Positions 50,722 to 64,000 of a stretch of 64,000 bases of DNA are shown here, in pieces (positions within the stretch are counted from its first letter, which is position 1; each line of letters opens with the position of its first letter). A program made the translations under genes and the position numbers. The stretch is from assembly GCF_009914755.1 (NCBI RefSeq), contig NC_060931.1; one strand, given 5' to 3'. The stretch is from the human T2T-CHM13v2.0 reference genome, Homo sapiens. Below the pieces are notes generated by a model. The model was not told the origin of the DNA and ran no database searches. It saw nothing but the letters and a program-made list of their open reading frames with translations.

Positions 50722-51149
50722 TGTGAAACTTACAGTCCTTACAGTCCATTTGTTTTGGACTGAGCTCCTGCATAAGGCCCCAGCACACCAGACCAAACCA
50801 GAATAGAGACAATCAAAATGAACTTTAAAAAGGGCCAGTTTTCAAACAAACAAACCAAAAAAAAAAAAAAAAAAAAAAAACAGGAGATTTCAGTCAACTT
50901 GAGTCAGCAGGTAAGGAAGACCCCTTACCTGTTTCAACCCTATGAGGAAGTGACTTTGAAACGACCCATCTGCTTTTTGTTCTCTGTGTCTGCTTTTCTC
51001 AGCCCTTTTCTGCCTATAAAACCTACCTCCTTTGGTCAGCTCATGGGAATACTCATTCTATTTTACAGAATGAGATGTTGCCCAATTCTAGAAACACAAA
51101 TGCCAACTAGATCTTTAAACTAAATTTGTTATAATTTTGTCTTTTGACA
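50722..51149 (+). mobile_element. ERV1 (MER4-group) solo LTR inside an old L1 fragment (~50270-51910)
   Basis: TG...CA ends, ggactgagctcctgca...ccagaccaaaccagaat, cctataaaa TATA-like box, ttttgtcttttgaca end; 4-bp agca/agta flanks. Confidence 0.75.
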
Positions 51150-52858
51150 AGTATAATTCTAAATAATAAATGGAGAAAGAATGATAAAAATAGAAAATCA
51201 TTTAGCAAACAGTACAGTAATAATTGTTTCAGGCAAGAATAATCAGTGGTTGCTAAGACTAATGGTAAAAGTATGCTGAGAAACAAGATATTTATCTAGT
51301 CTCAAAGTTATCTCCCCACAAGATACTTATTAATTACAAAAAGGAACACAGTAACTCCACAGTGGAAGAAATGTGCAGCCATCCATTCAGCCAAATGATC
51401 ACAGTTATGATCACAATTAACATCAGAAGGAATGGGACAAATCCTGGCATGACACACTAAGGGCCCACCATGGTATTCTTCTGTGGCATTCTTGCCAAAA
51501 ACATATAACACGAATACAGTCATAAGGAAGCATCAGACAAAACTATAATGAGGGACATTCCACGAAAAAAAAAAATGGCAATGAAGGAAAAAAAAAAGGA
51601 CCAGTTCTCTTTAACTGTCAAGGTCATGAAAAGACTAAGAAACTGTCACTGTCCCAGATAAAGGAGACTGAAGAGAGACACAACCACGAATACAATGACA
51701 ATAACAAATTGAACCCTGAGCCAAGGATAAAGGACATGATTCAACAGGCAGAATTTAAACAAGGTCTACAGATGAGCTAATGGTAATCCCTCATTATAAA
51801 AGACTCTAACATTTGGTGAAGCTGGGTGAAGAGCATATTTGAGAATTCTTCGCATGACTTCTGCAATTTTTTTTGGTAGATATGAATTATCTAAAATTCA
51901 AAGATTTTTTTAAAAGACCAAAAAATAAACAGACATTAACAGTTATATGAGAGAGAGAATATGCTAGTCTTTGGTTAGCTAAGAACACTGACTCCATACC
52001 ACAGCAGCCAGCAGCCAGACCACAGATCTGACCCTCACTCTTCAGAATCCCACAGCTGCTATTTTAAAGACCAGATAACAGGCTCCAAATCTGATTTCTC
52101 AGCTCACAGAACTCACAGCCAAGTCATTTGAGATGACTTATTCCAGAGGGTCTCAAAGCAAATTCTATAGGACAGAGCTGCCTACACGCCCAGGCTCGGT
52201 TTAAGGTCCCCCCAAAGTTAGCCTCTCACTCAGATGCTGCTTCCACAGCAAATTCCTTGGCTTAATTAAAGGAGATACAAAAACTCAGGTCACTCCAACT
52301 ACCTCACAGCGTGGCTCAGAGAGCACAAGGCCTGCGTGGACCGGGCTCTGCATAGTCCTGGGCATCTGTAACTCAGGGGCTGCAAGGGAAGCAACCCATG
52401 AGGGAAGGGAAAGAAGGGCAAGAGCACAAACAACAAAACCAGAAGGGGCAGCTGACAGCCTGACGGCTCAGCACAATGTCTGGAAGACAGAGAAGTGGCC
52501 TCAGGACTCTACTAGCAAGTTTAACTTTTAACTATTTTTATTTATCTTTACTTTGACCAAACCAAAACAAGAGTTCAAACTACTACCAAGTTCAAAGTAC
52601 AACTCTGAGTTGCCCTAAGAAGACAGAGAACATACACAAATGTGAAAATATGAGAAAAACTAAATGTTACTGAAGAGTGGCATTCATGAGATATGTTAAA
52701 ATTCAAAGGTTGATCATCTTCAATGTGACTTTTAACTTCAATCATTATTTGTTCAGCTGTTTACTGAGTACCAACTACGTGCCAGGCAGTAGAATCCACA
52801 ATGAACAAAGTTCCTGCCTTGCATGGTGACGACAAATGGTACCCAACAAGTAGATATG

Positions 52859-53181
52859 CAGTTGTCCCTTGGTATTCACAGAGTGCTGGTTCCAAGAACC
52901 CTAAGGATACCAAAATCCAACGATGCTCAAGTCCCTGATATCCTGATATCAAATGGTATAGTATTTGCATATGCACATCCTCATGTATACTTTAAATCAT
53001 CTTTAGCTTTATAATAGTTAATACAATGAAAATGCTATGTAAATAGTTGTTAAATATTTTTTATTTGTATTATCTTTATTGTTGTATTGTTATTTTTTAT
53101 GGTTTTGGCTTTTTTAGTATTTTCAATCCAAGGTTGGTTGGATCTGCAGATGTGGAACCGAAGGATACAGAGGGCCAACTG
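52859..53181. mobile_element. MER2 (TcMar-Tigger MITE) inside an L2 3' fragment
   Basis: TIRs cagttgtcccttggtattc / ggatacagagggccaactg followed by TA. Confidence 0.88.
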
Positions 53182-54019
53182 TACATGGTAACAACCAGCT
53201 CAGGGCTAGGTGATCTAGGTCAGTCCCACTCCCCTCCTCCTGACTTCTCTGCTGACAGAATGAGCAGGGCAAGCATGAGTGGCCACAAGAAAAGACACAC
53301 AAAGGACAGTTTGCACAGGAAAGGCACATAGAGGTTTTTTGTAAACACATAGGAGTGTGTAAACACATAGAAGTGTTTACAGCCACCACTCATAGGATAG
53401 AGAACACAGAATCACCTACTCAGGGACACACTGAGGCCACTACAGAGTAGAAGTGACACACAGACCTTAGATATACCTCTTAGAAGCAAGGGGTGACAAA
53501 GACTCACAAAATGACACAGGATTTTAGGTGCTCATCCGGACTCCATGAACAAACCAGAGATGAAGCAACAGGTCTAATCGAGGGGTTACTGCACCGGTCA
53601 CAAGGGCTCCTGGAATGCTCTCAGGTTTGTCTCCTCCATCCACCCTCACTGCCTTGGTGATCTTACCCAGTCTATGGTTAAATGCATCTAAATGCTAATG
53701 TTTTCCAAATGCCCATCCCAGTCCCTACTCTTCTCAGAACTCCAGACTCGTGTGTCTATTGCCTAATTAGTAATGCCACCTCAACCACTGGTCAGCTTCT
53801 CAGATTGATGGAAGCCGTGACCAACCCCAATCAACCCTGAGAAACTTCCCCTCCAGTGCTTTAGTGGCTGCCAGTTCCATCCTTCCAGTTGCTCAGCAAC
53901 AAATTTTGAGGAGGAGGAAAAAAATACAATTACATTTAGAATTCTAAATGTGACAAATACATAAATGATGTATTACTAAATATAGTTGTTACTAAAATAC
54001 TACTATAAATAAGAAATAG

Positions 54020-54870
54020 TCTGCACTCCTAGAAAATCCAAGAAAATCAACTGAGAAACTATTAGAAACCAGTAAGAGAATTCGATATTGGTGTATAGGA
54101 CTTACTGAATAAAAAGATTAAAATTCTACAAAAGAACATAAAGCAAGACTTGAGTAAATAAGACATAACCTTTTCTTAGACCAAAAGACTCAATAATGTA
54201 AAGATGTCAATTCTCCCTAATCCAAAACATAAATTTAATGTATTCTCAATGAATATTTCAACAGAATTTTCATACACAAAAATTAATTTACGGGAATATT
54301 TGAGAAAAGTCTGGGGGTAAAAAGATTAAACACTAGTTCTACCAAGTGCTAAAATGTATTATAAAGCTATGAAACAAAATAGCGTTGTGCTAACAAACAA
54401 AATGAACAAATGGTTTAGTATTTGTAGATACAAAGAATGGAAAAAAATACAGAAACATATACAAAGTTAAATCCAAGATATTTCAAAAGTGAACGACATT
54501 TCAAAGAAAACCAAAGAAGAAAAGGTAACAGTAGCCCAGAAAGGAGTTAGGGACTCTGGCTAACACCTAGGATGGGGTCGGGTACTCTGAGACAACCTAG
54601 CAACCTAGCAGTGAGAGAACAGACACAAACTCCCTGAGGCCAATTTAGCAACATCCATCAAAATTACAAACGCCATACCCTTTGACCCAGTAATTCCTGT
54701 TCTGGGAATTCATTTAGCTGATATTCATACACATGTTCCAAGAGACACTTAAACGCATATTCACTGCAACATCATTTGTGATGCTGGCACACGGGAAACA
54801 ACTTAAGTACACACCCCTTGGGGACTCATTAAATAATAAGATCTACACAGCAGAATACTACATGGCAGTT
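54020..54870 (+). mobile_element. Ancient L1ME-like fragments
   Basis: aaagactcaataatgtaaagatgtcaattctccctaa; ataccctttgacccagtaattcc. Confidence 0.6.
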
Positions 54871-56663
54871 AGTAAACATCTTGGCCACACATCAGAGTCA
54901 CCTGGAAAGTTTCTGAAAATCCAGACATGACACAGAAGAGGCCACACTCAGACCAATTAAATCAGATCTCTAGAGCAAGGACCCAAGCATTTTATTTTAT
55001 TTTATGTTTTATGGACCAAACAATATGAACATCAGCATTTTAACGTAGCGGAGAATCTCAGGGCAAACCACCCAAAGGCAAACTAGGTTCCACTGCTCAA
55101 CAACATGAGCCTGGGTCAGTTTCCTAAACTACAAAATGGGAAGGCAACAGAACGGCCTCAAAGAGTTGTGAGGACAGTGAAAAACCTATGTGTACACTAA
55201 GGAGAAGCTACCTGGCAACAGGAAGTATTCAGTCAGTGTCAGCTGCTTATCTAGTGCAAGGGTTCACAGCACATTCCAGGGATATGACAAAGGCAACATT
55301 CACTGATGTGCTTTTGTCTGTGCATGTGTACTATATATAGTAGGGAAAATATATACATACATATAAAATATTAAAATTTTGCAAAAGATGATATTGAACA
55401 ACAGTCATCTTTAGGAAGAACCTGCTTCTATTACATACTCTCCTAACTTTCAAAAATGTTACCCTAAATCCAACTCCAACTTATAGGAAATAGGACAAAG
55501 GACATGCTAAACCACATGTGGGTAATAATCAGCAAAATCCAGCTAGTGGGAAATACAAACAAACAACTTGATTTACTTTACCAGATAAATTTTGAGGGAA
55601 AAAAAAGAGAGAAAAATGGAGGGTTGACTATGAGGCATTGGTGTTTGGAGCCTTATTAGTAGCCTGATTCAAACAAAACTTTCTTTTAATTAGGACAGTA
55701 TAAGAAAACTGGAAGTTTAAACAGTGGCTGAAAATATTTACAGATGAAATGATACAAGGCAGAATTTGTTTCAAAATAAACCAGGAGGGAGAAAAGCAGG
55801 CTGCTGTTGGAACTGGGCAATGAGCACATGAGGAGTCATGTTCTTCTGTCTACTGTCTTTTGTATTTCAAATTCTACCTAATAAACATTTTGTGAAGTAC
55901 ATATATTACCTTTCCAACATCAAAAAAAAAAAACCAAGCTAGCATAAAAAGAAGAACTATTATTATAGAAAAATATTCAAATAGAAGTTGGTTATTTTAA
56001 AAGAAATTGGCTAGTTTTTAAAAAGTATCTCTCAGATAGTAGGGTAATTAGTTGCTTTTTTCTAACACATCAATGCAAATAAATCCTCAGTTAGTCCACG
56101 AGGTAGTTCTGCTTCAATTCCCAATAACTCTCTGGCCCTACCTTCTAAATGTATGATTTTAAGCAAAGCACTTGACCATTGTACATCTCAATTTCTTCAC
56201 CTGTAAAAAGGAAGCAGATCACTGGTTCTCAATTTTTGGAAATACACATTTTTCCAGGGGAAAAACTCCACAGATGATTCTAACACTCCTCTTCCTCCTC
56301 CCTGACCACATGCTCCCTGAACCCATCCAACTCTGAAAACGTTAAGATACCAGGTTATTTTCTGATATAACTTCAATATCCAGCAAACTCAACACTGCTT
56401 TCTAAAAATGAAGCATATAACCTTCACTGCAAAATAAAAATAAACTGCAAAATAAAAAATAAAAATGCAATGTTTCTTGTGAGAATTTTTTAAAAGTCCT
56501 CCTAACAACTTAAATCAGGTTTTCCTGACTTGTGATTTAAGTCAAATCGCTTGGAGGCTTCTTATGCCTGAGCTTTCTTAAAGAAGGTGCAGTTTCAGGG
56601 TGAATCACTGGAAAGGTGAAATAGCAGCTATGACACAAGATGACACTGAGCCAGGTGGCCTAA

Positions 56664-57110
<447 letters not shown>

Positions 57111-57194
57111 TAAGGATACTCTGTTCAGCATAAAAGAAGATAAAGTGTAATAAAATTTTATAAATATACATACATGTATTTATGTATATGTTTA

Positions 57195-57550
<356 letters not shown>

Positions 57551-58041
57551 GCCATAGAAAATATCCCAAAAAGTTAATAGGAAGTGAAGGGATTTTCTTT
57601 ATATACTCATCTGTATTTTCCAAATATTGTACATTGAGTATAATCAGAAAGAAAAATGAAAAGCTTTTTCTTTTTTAAGAGAAATAATAGTAACGATAAT
57701 AGCTAGTATCTACTTGAGTGCACACTCTGTCAGGAATCATGCTAAGTAGGTCTCATTCAATCCTCACCACAGTCTACGGGGTTGGGTATATGGAGAGAAG
57801 GGGATTCTGATTAAGCCCCCGTGACTCTACAAAGGGGTCTCCTGCAATGGGCACCTGAAAAAGCCTCGACTAGTAAAGGAAGAAGCTGTTTAAAGACGAA
57901 ACAAGGAACCCAAATTTCTCAGGCAGTGTGAGCCTACACACGGAAAGAAGTCTCAGGCCTGAAGCACAGGCACCTTTCTATTCTCCTGACAGCCCACCCG
58001 AGGGACATCAAGAGCCACAGATGTCATGATAGGTGTGTGAG

Positions 58042-58402
58042 TGCTATAGAAGGAATGTTTGTGTCCCTCCAAAATTCATGTTAAAGACCTAACCTCCAAA
58101 GTAATGTTATTTGGAGGTGGGGCCTTTGGGAGACGATTAGGTCATAAGGGCAGATCCCTCGTGAATATGAGTAGTGGCCTTATAAAACAGGCCTAAGGGA
58201 GTTCATTTGCCCCTTTCACCATGTGACAGCTCGATGAGAAGACAGAGGTCTATGAACCAGGAAGTGGGCCCTCACCACTGAACCTGCTGGCACCTTGATC
58301 TTGGACTTCTAGCCTCCTATAGAGGCTGTCAGCAATAAATGTCTGTTGTTTATAAGCCACCCAGGCTACAGTATTTTTGTTATAACAGACTGAGCGAAAA
58401 CA
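58042..58402 (+). mobile_element. MaLR solo LTR (MLT1A-like)
   Basis: ggaggtggggcctttggga, caccttgatcttggacttc; TSD gtgag/gtaag. Confidence 0.85.
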
Positions 58403-59556
58403 GTAAGCAAAACCAAAGAAGAGGTACTAAGAAATGGAATTCGGCATGCACTGGGGGGGTCATCTCACACAGCACCAGGAAGTGAGAAAGGCTGAGTAAG
58501 TCTCTGCCCCTAATCACTGAAAATGTGGGCACAGCCAGCCATAAAGGAATAACGTAAAATGAAGTGCAAACTCCAAGGAGGCATGGTTACCTGCTGGGGA
58601 AAGCGGAGGGATGAACTACTGGAAAAGACTTTGCTGATGAGAAAAGTGAAGAGTGCCCATACCTACGGAGACCAAGTCAGGAGGGAGCAGCCTGATGATG
58701 ATGATGAAGTATCTGCCAAGGACACTATTAGGAAACCTGAAATTTATCTTCCAAATGATGCCATCCCTTCCCAAGAAGCACCGAGGTCCCTGTAACTGCG
58801 CACAAAGGCCACACTACCCAAAGCAAGAGAAAGTACTGAACAGTTTTCTCAGGTATTATGTTCTAACGGGCTTGTCCTAGAAGGGGTTAATATGTTAGAT
58901 TGTTCCATGACACCCTCTTTGTACACTGTCACTACTCTGCTTCCCTGCCCAGGGCAGGAGGAATGGCCTAGTTGGACCCAGGGCCCTGTCACTGCCCAAT
59001 GCACACCAACAGTGTTGGAGCACTCTGTTCCTCATCCAAAGGACAAAAAGATAACCAGTCCAAGCACAAAGGACAAAGACAACAGTTTCTAGGCAGTAAC
59101 TGACATTCTTAGTGCTACCATATTTTCCTTCTTCTCTGTTAAAGAATTCTGCTCGTGATTTTTAAAAGGAAAAGCCCAGGACTGACACAGCCTTTCAGAG
59201 ATTTTTGTCAGCATCCCAGCACAAGCAAAGGCAAAGTCACCATCCCACTGTCTACAGCAACACCTGCAGGTCAAGAGCCTGAACTGCAGGTGCTATGAAA
59301 GTTGACACTGACGGCCCATGCCCAGGAAACCAACACCAAACCCTACCATGAGGTCATCCAAGAGGCAAACCCTAACAGGCAGCTCTTGAGAAATGCCTGA
59401 TTAGTGACTACGTCATAAGATGCTGCAGACTTTGCGCCCCTCTCTTCCACAGTGCTAATCATGTCTGCAGGCACTGGTCACCCAGTCTAGTATTACATAA
59501 ACACTGAGGCTCAAATGGCACTTTTTCACTTTTTACAAAGTCTTTACTATGAACAA

Positions 59557-59888
<332 letters not shown>

Positions 59889-60004
59889 TAAAGCATCCTT
59901 ACAGAATATAAGCACATTCTCTGATGCTATCTTGTGCAAATAGGGAAATATCTGTGTGCAAATTCTCTCTCTTCTCTGAGGAATAAGATGGGTTATTTAC
60001 TTTG

Positions 60005-60416
<412 letters not shown>

Positions 60417-60612
60417 TCAGGGAGATGCTAAAATCAGAGTGATGGTAAAATTAGGTCAAAATAAAATTTCCCCCAAATCACCCCAAAAATACTATAAATG
60501 AAACCTGTACATTATTATGTATAAATAACAATGTATGCTGCAACAGCTTTAGGGCAGAACACAGGCACAAGGTTGCCAGGATCTGGGAGTCTGGCACCAA
60601 TGGAAATGTCAT

Positions 60613-60972
60613 TGTATTAGTCCATTCTCATGCTGCTATAAGGACATACCCAAGATGGGGTAATTTATAAAGAAAAGAGGTTTAATTGACTCGCAGTTCA
60701 GCATGGCTGGGGAGGCCTCAGAAAACTTACAATCATGACAGAAGGGGAAGTAAACACATCCTTCTTCACATACCAGCAGGAAGAAGTGCCAAGCAAAGCG
60801 GGAAAAGTCCCTTATAAAACCGTCTATGAGAACTCACTATCACGAGAACCACATGGATATAACTGCCCCCATGATTCACTGCCTCCCACCGGGTCCCTCC
60901 CATGACATGTGAGGATTATGGGAACTGCAATTCAAGATGAGATTTGGGTGGGGACACAGCCAAACCATACTG
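60613..60972 (-). mobile_element. THE1 solo LTR (THE1C/D-like) inside an old L1 3'UTR
   Basis: tgtattagtccattctcatgctgctat ... gagatttgggtggggacacagccaaaccata; TSD gtcat. Confidence 0.9.
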
Positions 60973-61137
60973 GTCATCTATCTTGACTGTGGTGGTTACA
61001 AGACTACATTTGTCCAAAGTCATAAACTGTATTCTAAAAGGAATGAATTGTATTGTTACATAAATTATACTTTACTAAAACACAAAACAATTGTCTGTAT
61101 ACAGTAATGAACACCTTACAACAAAAATGCATATATA

Positions 61138-61217
61138 GAGGCAGGAGGAGTACTTGAGCCCAGAAGTTCGAGTTCAGCCTGAAAAACACAGCAAGATCCT
61201 GTCTCTAAAAAAATAAA
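61138..61217 (+). mobile_element. Alu monomer fragment
   Basis: gaggcaggaggagtacttgagcccagaagttcgag ... A-tail. Confidence 0.7.
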
Positions 61218-62292
61218 ATTCAAAATACATATATACAAAATATAAATACATTATTTTTAATCTTGTTTCTTTCTTTCCCAGCACTTACACTGAATTTATT
61301 TAAATTAAATAAGCATGTGATGTGACTTTACTGTAGTATACAAAAAGGGAGTTTTTGCCTAATACTGGTTAGAACCGAAAAACATGTCAAGTAAGAGTCA
61401 TCAGATATCAGCAATCTAAGACTTAGATTCTCAGATTTTAGACAGAGTGCTCACAAAAGATGGTGCTTCTGTGTGGTCTTCTACAGAATAACTACCTTAA
61501 ATTACTCAATTAAAAGAACTGCAGATCTATAATTTATAGGATAAACCATCCTGAACACTGGTGGGAGGACTTGGGGTGCAGCTAAAGGTAGAACAAGGAA
61601 AAGGATGGTCTTTCACATTCTATTTTCAAATCTGCTAAAACACTACATTTCAGGTATAACTAGAGATCGGTGCCACAACTTCCTGTTTTGTTCAAGGAAA
61701 ACAAGTAACTGAAGCTGAGAATGTTCCAGTCCTTGGAAAGGTTTGATTAGGATTCTTGCGGTACCAGTCTATTCTGAACAAAGAGCTACCAAGTAGAAAG
61801 GTTAGCTTTCCTGAAACATATCCAAGTCTTCACTCTATACTTATTTTTAAGGTAGAACTCACAAAACTAACTCTAATTCTAACCCAGAACAAAATTCACT
61901 GGTTCAAGAATTTTAAAATAGGGTCTCTACAAAACAACAAAGTAGCTATTCTAGTCTATTACTCAGAAATCAAAACCAATACCCTCCTTTCATTTTTTAG
62001 AGATCATAAAAGGAATACAAAAAAATTAATAAAACAAAATAAATGGTCATTACAGAAAAATTAGAAAATATAGTAAGGGACAAAGATAAAAATGAAGAAC
62101 ACTCACAATTCCACCACTCTGTGATTACTACTACTATTTTCTTCCAGCTTTTTTTCTACATACATAATTTTTAAAGTTTTCAAATTTGATATTAGACTAT
62201 ATAGTTTGAATTCTCCCCTTCTCACTTAACATTATATCATGAAAATATCTGTATAAGTCAAGGTTCCACCAAAGAAACAGAAGCAGCAGATA

Positions 62293-62986
<694 letters not shown>

Positions 62987-63473
62987 TATTTATTAAGAGA
63001 GTTACTGCAAGAAATTGGCTTACATGATTGTGGGGGCTGGCTAGGCCAGTCTGAAATCCACATAGCAGGCCAATGTGGAACTCTCCAGAAACTGAGTGCA
63101 GCTGCTGTCCATCGGAGAAATTTCTTCTACTTCAGGGGAGCTCTGCTGCGCTCTTCAGGCTTTCAGCTGATAGATCAGGCCCACTCAGATCACCTAGGAC
63201 AATCACCCTTACTTAAAGTCAACCAATTATTAACTTGCATCACATCCACAAAATACCTTGACAGCCATGCCAAGATGAGTGTTTGACTGAATAACCAGGA
63301 CTGTAACTTAGCCAAACTGACAAATGAAACTGACCATCACAATAACCATGTCAGTAGTCTTTAAAAGCATTTTATAAATGTATTTCTCCATTCCCTTACT
63401 ACAGAAATTCAGCATTCTTCCAAAATTTTGCTAATATAAGTAATGTTGGAATAAATAGAACTGAAGTGAACAA

Positions 63474-63809
63474 TGCTATAGACTGAATGTTTGTGTCCCA
63501 AAATTCCTACGGTAAATCTTAATCCCAAGATATTGGGATGAGTACTTTGGGAGGTGATCAGGGCTCTGCCTTCATGACTGGAATTAGTGCCCTCATAAAA
63601 GATTTGAGAGAGTTCTCTCACCTCTTCCACCATTTGAGGACACAGCAAGGTAACTACGAATCAGAATGTGGGCCCTCACCAGACACTGAATCTGCCAGTA
63701 CCTTGACCTTAGACTTCCAGTATCCAGAACTGTGAGCAATAAATTTATGTAGTCTATAAGCCACCCAGGCTATATTATTTTGTTATAGCAGCCTAAGTGG
63801 ACTATGACA
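63474..63809 (+). mobile_element. MaLR solo LTR (MLT1A-like)
   Basis: tgctatagactgaatgtttgtgtccc ... ttttgttatagcagcc; perfect TSD aacaa. Confidence 0.87.
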
Positions 63810-64000
63810 AACAACTTTGTATATTAAATCTTCATTCTTACATCTGATTATTTTACAGAAAGACTACTAGTAAGGAGGCTGCGCATAGAAAGAACTCCAA
63901 AAAACCTCATAGGATCCCCTTGAGTCTTTGGCTGAATACAAAACTGCACATGTGTAAAGTGCAACTCCATGAGACAAGTAGGAAACCTGGGTAACTGACA

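Noticed and set aside
56508-56542. 10-bp inverted repeat acttaaatca...tgatttaagt
   Set aside because: Short and AT-rich; chance or a DNA-transposon remnant, with no supporting context.

Overview
Human genomic DNA (two AluYa5-type elements). The whole window is intronic sequence of NUDCD3, which is transcribed on the minus strand. One 133-bp coding exon is visible (9329-9461, IQEQFQKNPDSYNGAVRENYTWSQDYTDLEVRVPVPKHVVKGKQ, start of the CS/p23-like domain). Most of the rest is repeat-derived: a full-length but dead L1PA7/8-like LINE-1 (381-7083) with an AluS in ORF2, about 29 Alus, MaLR/ERV solo LTRs, DNA-transposon fossils, MIR/L2/old L1 fragments and microsatellites. There are three retrocopies: a full-length RPL32 processed pseudogene with an intact ORF, a tailless 5'-half tRNA-Ile(TAT) copy and a 5'-truncated Y1 RNA copy. 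I see no prokaryote-type system or CRISPR array, and no convincing new protein-coding gene. The best leads are RNA-level: (1) a non-Alu, L2-derived ~120-bp inverted repeat whose arms are ~89% identical to each other (42871-43650); (2) a tRNA retrocopy ending exactly at the pre-tRNA intron boundary; (3) two frame-preserving candidate cryptic NUDCD3 exons, one just downstream of a (UG)27 tract. Repeat subfamily calls are by eye from remembered consensus sequences and boundaries are approximate.
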